A stretch of DNA of 64,000 nucleotides from Lytechinus pictus (Eukaryota): NCBI RefSeq assembly GCF_037042905.1, contig NC_087251.1, positions 4,838,001-4,902,000 of the forward strand, read 5' to 3'. Positions 35,290 through 49,076 of the stretch are shown piece by piece. The position numbers were made by a program, and so were the translations under genes. The notes under the pieces are model-generated. The model worked only from the letters and a program-made list of their open reading frames with translations. It was not told the origin of the DNA and ran no database searches. Positions within the stretch are counted from its first letter, which is position 1. Each line of letters opens with the position of its first letter.

Positions 35290-35550
35290 GAATTTTACTG
35301 GGACTGGCAGGTGCAATACACCGGGTGAACACCCTACTCTTTGACAAATAGTGCATTGGTTTTAATGTGCATAGGATGTGACTCTCCTATACACGGGACC
35401 AACATTTGCGTCTTTTTCCGATGGACAGAGTGTTTTCCAACTGAATTCACACCTGCACTGAATACAGTGGTGAGGCACGCTAACACACAACGCTATAGCA
35501 TCAGACTTTTTGTTAGATGCGTTTCGGCATGAGCGGGACTCAAACCCCTT
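35290..35550 (-). mobile_element. tRNA-derived SINE, degenerate (Nin-domain-like)
   Basis: B-box complement CGGGACTCAAACCC at about 35534. Central TAGTGCATTGG...AATGTGCA...ACACGGGACC block. Confidence 0.55.
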
Positions 35551-35765
35551 TTAGATCTACGATCTTATCCGAAACATGTGCTCTAAATCTAAATTGTGAT
35601 CGGTGTGAACTTCTAATGATATGACAGATGCCTGTATGTGATGCCGCAATGTTTCATCTAATTTTTAAGTTTGACAATGTTTCACTTTGAAATTTATTCA
35701 TTTCTAGAACACTTTAGTTTTCTGACAATTTTCAAAATTCATTTTTAAAAACCCAAATATATTAA

Positions 35766-36342
35766 AGGAGAATGAAACCTTTGGAACAAGATAGCTTGTA
35801 TGAAAAGATAAAAATCAAAGAAACAGATCAACGAAAGTTTGAGAAAAATCGGACAAATAATGAGAAAGTTATGAGCATTTGAATATTACGATCACTAATG
35901 CTATGGAGATCCTCACATTGGCAATGCGGCAAAGATGTGTGATGTCACTTGTGAACAACTCTCCCCATTAGTTTAGTATATATTTCACTTAAACTGGCTC
36001 TTTTATCACGTCTATCAGTAGATCATGTATTTTTTTCTATAGTACTACAGATTTTCAAAGAATACATCATTGATAAAGAGTTTGTATCACCATAAAAAAA
36101 AGCAAAAAGAGACATTTTAGGGTTATTTTCTAGTCCATCAAAGGGAAAGTTGTTCACATGTGACATAACATATCCTTGTCGCATTGCCAATAGGAGGATC
36201 TCCATGGCATTAGTGATTGCAATATTCAAATACTCATAACTTTCTCATTATTTGTCCGATTTTTCTCAAACTCTCTTTGTTCTTATTCTTTGATTTTTCT
36301 GTTTCAACACAAGCCTACTTGTTCCAAAGGTTTCATTCCCCT
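35766..36342. mobile_element. TTAA-targeting palindromic MITE (Kolobok-type AGG...CCT ends)
   Basis: TTAA|AGGAGAATGAAACCTTTGGAACAAG ... CTTGTTCCAAAGGTTTCATTCCCCT|TTAA with long inverted arms. Confidence 0.85.
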
Positions 36343-36612
36343 TTAAGATTTTAGTTAGATGATAGGATTTTTTTTCCTTGAAGTTTGAAAATTTTTCCTC
36401 TTTCTTTCATTTTTTTTCTTTTCTATGATCCTTCTTTAGTCACCCTTTCCTTCCTGCTTGCCTTTTTTGTTCCATCTATCTTTATTTCCAGTCTTTATTC
36501 CTAGCTTTCTTTTCTGATCCTTTCTCTCTTTCTGTTCATTTTTCTTTCTTCCTTCTTTCTCTTACCTTCCTTCTTTTTAAAATTTCTTTTTTTATTTCCT
36601 TCATTCTTTCTT

Positions 36613-36922
36613 CAGGGTTCCCACAGTCATGGAAAATCCTGAAAAATTGTGGTCATGGAAAGTCAGGAAATTTGGAAAATTTGTGAAAATTCATGGAAAA
36701 ATCATGGAATTTCATTTACCTCTTGGCTATGGCAGCTTTCCAGTTTGTCATGTCTCGCAACTCTCATACTATGTGATCATACGCTATTATAATTGATGAT
36801 TTTCATTTTCCCAGTTTTGTGATATCCCAAATTCTACATAACTCCCAGGAAGTCATGGAAAGCAGCAATTTAGTCATGGAAAAGTCATGGAATTCTGTTT
36901 TCAAATTTCTTTGGGAACTCTG
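36613..36922. mobile_element. hAT-like MITE (CAGGGTTCCC family)
   Basis: CAGGGTTCCCA ... TGGGAACTCTG with repeated GTCATGGAA. Second, truncated copy at 50702-50998. Confidence 0.75.
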
Positions 36923-37125
36923 TTCTTTCCTTAAACTTTTCTTTACTTCCTTCTCCCTTTTCTTTTCGTTCTTTTTCTCCTATTGTATTCTTTCTTTTTA
37001 AAATTTTATCCTCTTTTTTTCATTCTCTCCCTTCATTCTGTCCTCCACCTCTTTCATTCATTATTTTCTTTTATTCCTCTCCCAATTCTTTTCCTTTATT
37101 CTTTCTTTCCCTTCCTCCCTTCCTG

Positions 37126-38257
37126 TTTTGTCTCACCTGCGAAGCAGAGTGAGACTATAGGCGCCGCTTTTCCGACGGCTGGCGGCTGGGGCATCAACAC
37201 CAAATCTTAATCGAAGGTTAAGTTTTTGAAATGACAGCATAACTTAGAAAGTATATGGACCTAGTTCATGAAACTTGGCCATAAGGTTAATCAAGTATTA
37301 CTGAACATCCTGCCTTAGTTTCAGGTCACGTGACCAAGGTCAAAGGTCATTTAGGGTCAATGAACTTAGACCATGTTGGGGGAATCAACATCAAAATCTT
37401 AACCTAAGGTTAAGTTTTTGAAATGTCATCATAACTTAGAAAATATATGGACCTAGTTCATGAAACTTGGACATAAGGTTAATCATTTATCACTGAACAT
37501 CCTGTGCAAGTTTCAGGTCACATGATTATAGGTCAAAGGTCATTTAGGGTCAATGAACTTTGGCCAAGTTGGGGGTATTTGTTGAATTACCGTCATAACT
37601 TTGAAAGTTTATTGGTCTAGTTCATAAAACTTGGACATAAGAGTAATTAAGTATCACTGAACATCCTGTGCGAATTTCAGGTCACATGACCAACATCAGA
37701 GGTCAATGAACTTTGGCCATAATGGGGGTATCTGTTGAATTGAGTGTATTGGTCTAGTTCATAAAACATGGACATAAGAGTAACCAAGTATCACTGAACA
37801 TCTTGTGCGAGTTTCAGGTCACATGACCAAGGTCAAAGGTCAATGGACTTTGGCCATGTTGGGGGTATTTGTTGAATTACCATCATAACTCTGTAAGTAT
37901 ATTGGTCTAGTTCATAAAACATGGACATAAGAGTAACCAAGTATCACTGAACATCTCATGCGAGTTTCAGGTCACATGACGAAAGTCAAAGGTCATTTAA
38001 GGTCATTGAACTTTGGCCATTTTAGAGGTAATTATTAGATTGCTGTCATAACTTTCAAAGTCTAGATATAGTGTATAAAATGTGGATATAGGGGTAATCA
38101 AGTGTCACTGACAAGTTTTAGGTCACATGATCAAGGTCAAATATCAATGAATGGTGTTTTTTGTGAATAATTATTTTATAGTAGTTTTCAAAGTCAGCAC
38201 TGCTGCTATATTGAATCGCGTGATGCAGGTGAGACCGCCAGAGGCATTCCACTTGTT
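37126..38257 (+). mobile_element. Helentron-associated non-autonomous element (HINE/DINE-1/Tsp-like)
   Basis: T-rich ends, subterminal IR GTCTCACCTGC / GCAGGTGAGAC, GGC microsatellite, and a central tandem array with GGTCAAAGGTCA. Confidence 0.8.
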
Positions 38258-39307
38258 GAATGATGGAAACATTTTTCTTTCCTTCATTCTTCCTCTTTTT
38301 TTCTTACTTTATTTGTTTTCCCTTTCTTTCTTTTATTTTTTCTTTCACACATTCATTCATCTACCCTTCCTTTCTTTTTCTTTCTTTCTTTACTCATTTC
38401 AAAGAATGATGGAAACTTTTTTTCTTTCAATTTATTCTTTCTTTCATCCTTTATTCTAACTTTCTTTTATTTTTATTTTTTTTCTTTCATTTTCTTTATT
38501 CATTTTTTCTTACTTTCCTCTTAATTCATCTTTTTTCTTTCCTCTTCTTTCTCTCCTTCATTCTTTCATTCACCCTCCCTAATTCCTTTTCTTTATTTCT
38601 TTTTTTACAAGTCTAACATTGTGTAGCCTTTTTTGTTAATTTTTTTTATTAAGACCTGGCTCGGTTGATCCGCTCGTGCATCGTGGTTTGTCCATTGTTT
38701 TGCATTTCATTTTGTAAAATCTGGTCACCCTGGCCTAATTTATTTGCGCCTATCAGCAATGTCTTTGACATGTTAAAGATAAATACCAGTTGTGGTAATG
38801 ATCTCAAAATGAGTTTGAACAGAATCCAATAAAATGACCACCCAAGTGTTTTTATGTATTATTAAATTGAAAAAATATATATAATTGCAAAATGGCTCTG
38901 GAAAAGAATGTGTAATTGCTGAGAAATTAGCAATTAAGCATGGAATTCCATAAAATGTCAGGTATTTTTCCAAGCAATATTAATACACTGTCTCCCGTGG
39001 CCTTTTGTGTTAGTGGTCGTCAGAATTATCAGTTTTCAGCTAAGATTTCATGATTTCACAAAGATGAGTTGATTTTAATGAACCAGATCGAGATCTATAA
39101 ATATGGTGGTACTAATTAAACTTAATGTAAAGGCTTTCTCATGAAATAGTTGTTTGCTGCAATTACTTTATTTTACCTTTATGCTCCTCTGCACTGTCCT
39201 CCATACTTATAGTGTAGAGCCTTGGCGACCATTGTATGTAGTATGGAGAAATCACCACACAATTTTTACACCAACTCTCTCACTTTTCTCTTTGACGTAT
39301 GCTCTAG

Positions 39308-39352
39308 AATTCTCATGGACTTGGTAAAAGACAGTCAGATAGTGATAAATTG
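39308..39352 (+). CDS. RRP36: RRP36 exon (NSHGLGKRQSDSDKL)
   Basis: Pyrimidine tract + TAG acceptor, TTG|GTAAGT donor, 45 nt, phase 0/0, in frame with the downstream exons. Confidence 0.65.
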
Positions 39353-40301
39353 GTAAGTGTTTATAAACTTGAAAACAATCTCAGGTGGTGTGAACACATG
39401 CTTTAGATGTGGATTTTTTAACCCTATCATTTTGATCAATTAATTATTTAATCTATATTTAATTCAGCTAATGTGTCCTATGGCTCATCCATTTTCATTG
39501 ATTCTACCTTGGTAAATTGACATTGGCCTTTGAGGCATGTTCATAGAGATATTTTGAAAGTACATAATTAGAAAAAAATTATTTGAACAGCAGAGTGATA
39601 ATTGAATATTTTCCCGATGTTTGAAAATATAAATATGACTTAATTTTTGTACAAATTACAATGATCAGCCTAAGTGTTACAAAAGAATGACTTTTATATT
39701 GTGTTTTAACAAAACAAATTTTAATTCACTCTTTATGTGTAGATCTGAGACCCAGATCTGAGATTGTGTATCTACATTGAATCCAATCTGGCAGGCGAAA
39801 TTGAGTTTGAATTCTTTGTTTTTATATCTCTTAATTCAAAGATCTCATAGAATACAAAAAACAACAAATTATTCATTCACTTATCCAATGTACTATTAGT
39901 TGAATGTTGAAAAAGATTTAATGATATACTGTATCATGGGAGTAAGAGATCCACATCATGTATGGATTTCTTGGTATCACTATCAGCCTCAATGTCAAAA
40001 GTTATTTACAAAGTATAAATTTATAAATTTCACCACAGATGTTTAACGTGTGGGAACCTCTTGAGTCAAAATTGTTGGGGCCCCTGTAAAATTTGGTCTT
40101 CTATCCTTTGAAAATTGGAAGAATGATTGCATTATGGAATTGTAACATTTCTTGTAAGATTATTGTTTGAGCATATTCTTCTTGTACATGTAGTTCAGAT
40201 TGGTTCACATGCTACATATATTTTTTTTTAAATCTTTTTTTAAAAACATGTGCACATGTTGGTATCAATGGTGCTCAAGGCCATGCCGGGAATAATGCCA
40301 G

Positions 40302-40471
40302 GTGGGTGATTCATAAAGCTGTTCGTAAAGTTACGCACAACTTTATGCATGACTGGAACATGTTCTTAGGTCATAAATCAACAATACAGGGATATCATTT
40401 AGCACAAGAAAGGATCACCATTCATGTGTAAAGTCATTCATAACTTACAAACAGCTTTATGAAACACCCAC
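40302..40471. mobile_element. Harbinger-type MITE
   Basis: GTGGGTGATTCATAAAGCTGTT / AACAGCTTTATGAAACACCCAC. TSD CAG. Confidence 0.75.
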
Positions 40472-40674
40472 CAGGAATCAAACCCCGGACTTCCACAGTG
40501 TAGTCGGCCACTTCCCCTTCACTACAGAACAGTTTATAACTTTAAACATGAACCATTTTTTTATCCATTTTGCTTGCTTGCCATGTGTTGGTTCATAATG
40601 AAGATATTAACTACCTAACAGCAATACTTTTTTTACCTTGTTCTCTCTCTTTGTTTTCTACATTTCCATTGCAG

Positions 40675-40690
40675 AAAGCAATCAGAAAAG
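40675..40690 (+). CDS. RRP36: RRP36 16-nt microexon (KAIRK)
   Basis: Long polypyrimidine tract, GCAG|AAAGCAATCAGAAAAG|GTGGGT. Supplies the phase 0 to 1 change required by the 41928 exon. Confidence 0.7.
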
Positions 40691-41118
40691 GTGGGTGCTA
40701 TAATATTTATATCTTGCTTGTACATGTAGATCTCAAAATACATTAGTTTTATAGTTTCCAAGAGAATTTCAATACAACCTATTTTTTATGTTTTAGAGCC
40801 TAACTTGGTCAGTTTGAGTATTATATGTGCATTTTTCAATTTATTGATATATGGGTTCTAAATGTATATACTATACTTAGGACAGTTGAAAGATAAGGAG
40901 AATTGCTGGCCTCTCAAATCCTTCTTACTGGTATATATTAGGCCAATATGTATTGTGGACTTAATTCTTATGTCTATTGATTTCATTGTCAATCATTTTG
41001 TAACGGTTAAGAGCAGGATTTTTTAGTGAGTGGAAATGTATATCCCCGAAACCTATGCCATGGGGGTCCAGGGGGACAAATAACTAGACAGTTTTCAGGG
41101 TTTATTTCTAATTCATCC

Positions 41119-41460
41119 AATTGCCAACTCGTCTACTTTCATTTGGTCTACCATCAGTTTGTCCACTAATCACATGGTCAAATTGCCAATTTGTCTACTC
41201 ACCATTTTGTGTAATAACTTTACGTCCAATAGCCATTTAGTCCATATACCATTTGGTCTACAGGTAATTGGACTAAGTGAATGAAAATGAAATGGATATT
41301 GGACCAACTGGTTATGAGATGAAATGGTCATAGACGAAATGGTGATTAGACAAAGTGATGATTGGACCAAATGGTTGTAAGTTGAAATGTTGATGGATGG
41401 AATGGCATTAGACTAAATGAAAGTAGACCATGTGGTGAGTGGACGAATTGGCAATTTACC
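41119..41460. mobile_element. MITE with short internal tandem motifs
   Basis: AATTGCCAACTCGTCTAC ... GTGGACGAATTGGCAATT inverted ends. TTGGTCTA / TAGACCAA-type repeats in opposing orientation. Confidence 0.6.
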
Positions 41461-41927
41461 ATTTTCACAGCATACAGAGTTTAAAAAAAACTACAATTGC
41501 ATGTTTGTAGGTGAGAAGTCATAATATGTTTCCCCCCTGTCAGTTTTAGAAAAATACTGAGCGGATGGTTGTGATAATTGCCATGAGTGGTGGTTGGAAA
41601 AAGAGCCTCTTGTACACATGGAAATGACAATCTGATCATAATTTAGTTTTATGTCAAATTTCAAATGTTGCAAGGGTCAAACATGGAAAGTGTACGTTTT
41701 CAAGATTGTGTGATGGATTACTTAAAACAGGGATCATCATGTACATGTGAGCGATTGGATTTGGTGGTCACAACTCACACTCTCAAAGGTGTTAGAGGTC
41801 ATGGCTTATTATCAAGGCATATTGTCACATTTATCTATTGATTGAGTGTTTGTAATGTATTTTTAATATATGGCAATCACAGTCCTGAGTATTCATTTAA
41901 TCTCATTTCTTTTATTTCTGCAATTAG

Positions 41928-41988
41928 AACTCTCAGAAGTCCCATTTGGTGAATTACAGAAACTGCAAGAAAAAATTGGATCCAAAAA
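41928..41988 (+). CDS. RRP36: RRP36 exon (ELSEVPFGELQKLQEKIGSK)
   Basis: AG/GT boundaries. Resembles the RRP36 'LS.MSFEELL.LQ..VG.K' block. Confidence 0.85.
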
Positions 41989-44468
41989 GTGAGTCAAATA
42001 TTTCAGGTTATGATTTTAGTCTAATTAACAGTAACTATCATTAAAGCAGATACGAACCAATAGCGCCATCTCGAGTCCTCAACTACTCATACCTGGCCAG
42101 TTTCCTGACCCATACTGCTAGTGTAGTCTAGTGATATAGACCCACTTGAATGATCATAACATGCTAATTAACTAAGTTTATACCGCAATAATTATGTTAC
42201 CAAGTAGCAAAACAATTACTTTTCCTCTAAAAACATTTTAGTTTGTAAATACAATTATAGGTCAATTTATTCTCAGTAGTATTAGTAGATATATCTGAAA
42301 ACATATACACTCGACAAAAAAAGTTCTTGGACACTTAAAAAAAGTTAAAATATTCTATATAGATATTTGATTAAAGGCCAATTATTGTATGTCAACATGA
42401 CCAGACAATATTCCTCTTCCAGTATGACATGACATTTTCATGTGAACAGTCATGCACGGGTGGTTAAATGCTTTAAACAATAGCAATGTCAGTAAAATAA
42501 AATTGCAAGAAATGGATCAGTCAGTGCATGGCTGGTTACAGGCATTAAACAATAGCAATGTCAGTAAAAGAAAATTGCAAGAAAACGATCAGTCATTCTT
42601 TCAGTTGTGAAAGTTTATGTGGCATAAATATCCATTAAATGATAAAAGCAAACTTCAAAGAAGTTATTAAGCTTTGGTGAGAGTATCAATTTTCACATTT
42701 ATATTTATAACAAATATCCACCAAAAATTGCAAAAAATAAAATTTCTTTGTATTTTTGTTTTTTCGAACCTTTATTTTTTCCGAGGAACTTTGACGGGAC
42801 TCTTTTGCGATCATAAATAGCATAAAATGAATCTATTTGAACCAACAAAAGTAAAAAAATATTCATACATTTATGACTTTTGGTTGAAAAACACAATTTG
42901 CATTGACCTTGTACATGGAATCACGTTTTTGAACAATTTTGGGTCCGAACATGCACATACAAAATGTTGCGTAATTTCGAAACCGTGCACACAGGCATTG
43001 CAAATTTGGTCTCAAATGATGCGCAAGACTTAAAAGTAAAAAGTCAGTGAGCAGTGTAGTAAAAAAAATTCGCGTCACGGCGTAGTGACAAAATTTCTAT
43101 AGGGGGTGGGGGGCTCAAATTGACCCCCCCCCCCAGTTTGATAAGGGTTAATATTGCATTAGGGGCCTACAATAGGCCTTAAATGCACACTCAGACCTAA
43201 CTGATAAACCTAACAAGCATGGTATTCAATACATGTTCAGAAGAGTGTGAAATACTTTATATATTTTTTCTCATATCCAATGTTTTTCATTCATAATCAT
43301 GTTTGGGGTAAGTTGGAACATGTTCCAACTAGCCCCTTCAATTTTGTTCCAACTAACCCGGAGGCCCATTTGACGTTTATAAGCTTACAGCACAAAAAAG
43401 GGACTTCACCATGGCATATTAATAACCTCATTTTGTAGCTTGGTATAAGTGTCTATTATACCCCCAAACTGGCCAACTTGATCTATAAACTTCTCTGAGA
43501 TAATCAAACATTTCTGAAAGAGAAAAAAATTACTCAGAAGGTCAAAAAACAAAAATTCCTTTCTAACTTCACCAGGCTTGTTGCACATGTGTTGTCTGTA
43601 ATATGTTGGATGGCTGTTGATAATGACAATAACTTGAGGGCAGTGTTGAATAAATTTATTTAAAGACGTTAAAGAAAATTACAATGTTTCAACTTACCCC
43701 GTGTTCCAACTAACCCCGGTCTCCCCTACTGTCTAAAAAACATAATTTTTAACGAAATATATCATTCAGGTTTAAAGTTTGTGTTTAATACTGTATTTTG
43801 ACTTTCAAAATGGCCGCCATAGACATTGATTGTATTGTACAATGCAAAAGTTCTAGGAAATAAATTTTCACATGAGTGAGCACCATAAATGCACGTAATT
43901 GTGATCTATGAGTGAAATATTGTCTGAAAGCATAATTTCTAACAAGATATATCAGTTCTTCTGCCAGGTAGGTGATAAATACTGTATTTTGAAGGTCAAA
44001 ATGGCCTTTACAGGCCCCAACAGTATTATGTACAATGTGAATGGGGACAAATGATTTTAACAGGTTTTGGCTTTGCTTGACTAGATGGTGTTGTATGAGT
44101 GAAATATTGTCTGAAAACATGATTACTAACGAAATATATCATATCATCTAAAATTTAGCTGATAAATGTTATATTTCAACATTCAAAATGGCTGCCATAT
44201 GCCCTTTTGTGAAAATTATCTGTCCTCATTCAAATTGTACATAATTATCAATAAGGGCCCATGGCGGCCATTTTCCATTCCAGAATGCAGCATTTATCAC
44301 CTTAAATGCACCAGATAAGATATACCTCGTTAGGAACCATGGTTTTAGGCAATATTTCACTCTTACATCACAATTATAATATGCAATACTTAATAGTCCA
44401 GCAAAGCCAAACTCTGTCAAAATTATATGTCCCAAAGTACAATGTACATAATACTTTTAGGACCTATG

Positions 44469-46822
44469 CAGGGTGCTACATAACTTTTTTGAAGCACTTG
44501 CCCAGTCGGGCAAGTAAATTTTCAAATAGTTGGAAAATACTTGCCCGAATATAGATTTCACTTGCCCGAAAAAATCCTTCAAAACAAAGTTTTATTGCTT
44601 CAAAACAAGTTATAGCCTTATAGTTTTACATACCATACCATTGACGGCTTTAAAAATACATTTTTCAACATGACTACTGACGTACCCTGTAGTTGTATTT
44701 CTTTTTTTTTATGATTTTTATCTTGAACATCATGACAAAATATATGGTAAATATGCTCTTCAATTAATTTCCTAATCTCATATATTTTCCATATATTTTG
44801 GAGGGGACTAGGACACACAATAAAAAAGGGGAAATCACTGAAAATAACAAGAGAAAAAAAAATATGAGAGGGGGAGAGAATGAAAGAAAAAAAAGTAACA
44901 TGAAAGACAGAAAAGACGAAGAAATAAAGGAAGGAAGAAAGACTAATAAGAAATAAAGAAAGAAAGAGAGAGAGAATGGCTGCGGGGAAGAGAAAGATGA
45001 AAAGAAAGAAAGAAAGGAAGAAAGAAAGGAAAGGAGAATGGAAAGAAAAAAAAATAGAAAAAAATGAGAGGAAGAGAAAGGAAGGAAAGAAAGGAATGAA
45101 TAAAAGGAAAAAAGAAAAAAAAAAGGTAAACAGAAAGGAAGGAAACAAGAGAAAGTAAAGAAGGAAAACAGGAAGAAAGAAAAGGTATAAGGATAGATGG
45201 AAGGAAGGAAAAAAGACAAAAAGAAAAGATAGATACAACGAAAGACAGAAAGAAATGAAGGAAAGAAGGCAGAAAGAAAAAATAAGGAAGAAAAGAAAGG
45301 ATGGATGGAAAAAAAAAGAAAGATCAAAAGAACAAAAGACAAAAAAAAAGAAAATCAGAAAGAAAGAAGGAAGGAAAGAAAAAAAATTGAAAAAAAACTG
45401 AGGGGAAGAGAAAGGAAAGAAAGAATAGAACGAATAAAAAAAGAAAAAGAAAGAAAAAAGGTAAAAAGGAAGAAAGAAAAGAGAAAAAGAAAAGGTAAAG
45501 GATTGATGGAAGGAAGGAAAAGAGAAAGAAAGAAAATGAGAGAAAGGAAAGAAAGAAGATAAAAAAAAAGGAAAGGTATAAGGATAGATGGAAGGAAGGA
45601 AAAAAAAGATAGAACGAAAGACAGAAAGAAGTGAAGGAAGGAAAGAGATCAAAGGAAGAAAGAAAAAATAAGGAAGAAAAGAAAGGATGGATGGAAAAAA
45701 AGAAAGATCAAAAGAACGAAAGACAGAAATAAAGAAAAACAGAAAGAAAGGAGAAAGAAAGAATGAAAGACAAAAAGAAAGGAAGGAATGAAGGAAAGAA
45801 ATAAAGAAAGAAAAGAAAGAAAGAATGAAAGGGATGAAGAAAGTAAGGAAGAGAAAAAGACAGGAAGAAAAGGTAAAGAATTGATGGACGGAAGGAAGAC
45901 AGTAAGAAAGAAGGAAAGGAAGGGGAAAAAGAAGGAAGGATTAAAGAAATAGGTAAACAAAGGTTGGATGGAAGGAAGAAAAAAAAGAAATGAATGACCA
46001 AAAAAAACAGCTATAGTATAGTAACAGAAAAAATGAACAAAAGGAAGGAAATTTAAAGAAATAAAGAGAGATTCAAAAGAAGGAAAGAAAGGCAGAAAGA
46101 AAGAAAATAGAGAGGAAGAAAGCTCAAACTATCCAGTCATAAATAAAGAAGAAAATTTATCAATTTCCTTGGCTAAAAAAAATAGTTACGAAAGAAACCA
46201 TGTTTATCAACATACACACAAATGCATATGTGGGACTGTCAAACAATGTATTTCAGTGTGTGCGATACAGACGATCATTCGAAACCCGATCTTTTTGAAG
46301 CATAACATAAGTGAAAATTTCTCCTTTTACTGCTTACAAATGACAGAGCTACCCCCAAATTTTAGGAAATATGGACACTACAAGAATTTTCATTGGTAAG
46401 AAATGCGAATTTTGACAGTTCTGTGGGAGATTTCTTCCAGAGCAAACTTCGGTTCGTGCAGCACCGTACTCTGTAGAAATTTGTAGAAAAATCGGCTGCG
46501 TGGACTATAGGCGCTAGCTAGCTAGGTATGCTAGACTGCCATTGATTCTGTGTGTGTGTGTACGTCTCTGAGCTGTGTGTTTATTGCAGAAAATGGCGCA
46601 AATTTTGCAATTCGAAAGAAGAAATTAATGATATTGCTTTTTTTTTGTCTCTTATTCTTTTCTATATTTTGATGGTGAAATATGGGGAATCTTTCTAAAA
46701 TATAATTTCCACAGGAGAATTTTGCTTGCCCGATTCGGGCAAGCAGTTTTTGTCTTTGCTTCAAAACACTTGCCCGACTCTAACATTTACTTGCCCCGGG
46801 CAAGCGCTTATGTCGCACCCTG
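44469..46822. mobile_element. hAT non-autonomous element carrying a ~1.3-kb polypurine tract
   Basis: CAGGGTGCTACATAA ... TTATGTCGCACCCTG. Perfect 8-bp TSD GACCTATG. CTTGCCCG subterminal repeats. Confidence 0.9.
44840..46160 (+). repeat. (GAAA/GGAA)n polypurine low-complexity tract
   Basis: Seen directly. It produces the F/S/L-rich and K/R/E-rich pseudo-ORFs. Confidence 0.95.
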
Positions 46823-48745
46823 GACCTATGGCAGCCATTTTGAATTTCAAAGTACAACATTTATTACCTCCATGACCAATATGTGATGTATTTATTTAGA
46901 AATCATGTTTAAGACAATATTTTTAGTCATACATCACAGTTACATGCATTTTATGATTCTCACTTTTGTAAAAAGTAGATTCCCTATACGCATGTAACAT
47001 AATTTAGTTAGGGCTTGTATCAGCTTTTTTTAAAATGTCAACGGTATTTATGCCTTACGTGCCAGAAGAAATGAGCACTGTATTTCATAAAAAATCGTGT
47101 TTTCAAATAATGTTTTATCATACAGCAGGATTTTATGGATTTCATAGTCAAGTATGTCCCCATTTACATTGTAGATAATACTCTTAGGGCCTATAGGGGC
47201 CATTTTGAATTTCACAATACAGCATTTATCTCATGCATGACAAAAGAAATGATATGTTTTGCTAGAAAACATGTTTTCAGACATTATTTCACTCGGTGAT
47301 CACAATTACATGCATTTTATAGTTCTTACTCTTGTGAAAATTAATTTCTCCAATCGCATTGTACATATGTATAATGGGCCTATGGCGGCCATTTTTGAAT
47401 GTCAAAATACAGCATTTATCACATAAATTGCATTTATATTTCTTTAAAATTATGTTTTTAGCCAGTATTCCACTCGCTTATCTTAATACTAGTAATATGC
47501 ATTTTACATATGTATAATGGGCCTATGGCGGCCATTCTTGAATGTCAAAATACAGCATTTATCACATAAATTGCATTTATATTTCTTTAAAATTATGTTT
47601 TTAGCCAGTATTCCACTCGCTTATCTTAATACTAGTAATATGCATTTTAGTACTCATTCTTGTGATTTTCTTTTGTCCCCATTAACATTGTACATAATAC
47701 TGTCAGGACATTTGGTGGCTTTTTTTATTATTAAAATGCTTCATTTATTACATACATGACATAAAGAATGATGCATTTCGTTAGCAATCATGTTTTCATC
47801 CATTATTTGACTAAAAATCACAATTACTTGCATTTAGTGCTCACTTTTGTGAAATTTAGTTGTCCCCATTCATATTGTACATAATATAGAATACAGGGGT
47901 CTATGGCGGCCATTTTGAATATCTAGAAAATAATTTTTTTGTCAAAAATCGCTTTTTCAGAGAGTATTTCACTCCTGCAACACAAATACATACATTTCAT
48001 ATCCAATGTGTGGGCAATTATATGATTTTCATGGGTAATTTACATATTTTGGCAGCCATATTGGATTTTGCCAATTTGCGGAAAATGCTCAAGGTTACAT
48101 GAGTGGCATCATTCAGATCCGTAATCAGCACCCTCGAATTGACAAGAAACCATTAAAATATTATATATGAAAAAACAAGGTTTGGTCAAATGTGTATGGG
48201 GCCTATCCTGGACTATCAGGTTTATTTCTATGAAGGGATTACCAAACCTATCCATCTGTCTCTACAATTGATTGATCAATTAAGAGCATCCTGTTCATTG
48301 TTACACCATATACACCCTTCTTTCAAGATTTAACCATAATAGCTCTATGATTTAACTCTGTTTTATGTTTTCAGAGTGGGACTGGTCTTAGGGATTGTGA
48401 TAATTCAATAAAGTCTACATTTAATAAAAGAAATGTACCACACAGAGCAAATCATTAATTCTATGGTGCCAGATCACAGAAAAAGGAGATAGATATTTTG
48501 GTCTGAAAAGGTCATTTAAAGATAAGGGGGGAATAATATGTTGCTGATTTAAAAAAATATCGGTATTTCAATGTACTTGGTTTAAAACTTGGTGGCAAAA
48601 TTTCTGGTATGTTTGCACCATTTTGAAGATGAAATGCTTGCAGAGAAAAAAAAGCTGTATACAATTGCAAATGTTGCATCATGATACACTTGTGTTTATA
48701 TCGGCTGTATATTAATGATAGTTTCTTTCAAAACATATTTCACAG

Positions 48746-48826
48746 GTACAATGAAGCCCTATTTGGCAAACAGGAGCAGAAATCCCATGATGCATCTAAA
48801 CCATTCAAACGTGCCAATAAGAACAG
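48746..48826 (+). CDS. RRP36: RRP36 exon (YNEALFGK...FKRANKNR)
   Basis: CACAG|...AG|GTTAGT, phase 2/2. Confidence 0.9.
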
Positions 48827-49009
48827 GTTAGTGATGAGTTTAACTTTGATTTATGAGACCCTGTGATATCTATGAAAATGAAGATGGCCATTACATTACA
48901 GTATATCCATAAGATCCACGCTGACATTAGATTGCAAAAAGATTTTGTGTTATTTCATAACATGCTTTGTCCTGACATTAATTTCAAAGATTCTTTATGT
49001 ATTTTCTAG

Positions 49010-49076
49010 ACCACGCGAAGAATCTTCTAAGAAACATGTGTCAAGATTCAGGAATGTGGTAGAGGTGAAGAAACAG
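49010..49076 (+). CDS. RRP36: RRP36 exon (PREESSKKHVSRFRNVVEVKKQ)
   Basis: TTCTAG|...CAG|GTCAGT. Contains the conserved 'RP.E.S.K..V...R.VV' motif. Confidence 0.92.

Larger units (their letters stand above)
43730..48215. mobile_element. large old element with ~200-bp AAAATGGC(C/T)GCCAT tandem units in inverted arms
   Basis: AAAATGGCCGCCAT units at about 43808 and 44186; inverted ATGGCGGCCATTTT units from about 44260 to 48060. Right end ...CCTATCCTGGACTA. Left boundary is uncertain. Confidence 0.5.

Noticed and set aside
44618..46001. 344-aa F/S/L-rich and K/R/E-rich ORFs
   Set aside because: They come from low-complexity polypurine/polypyrimidine sequence.
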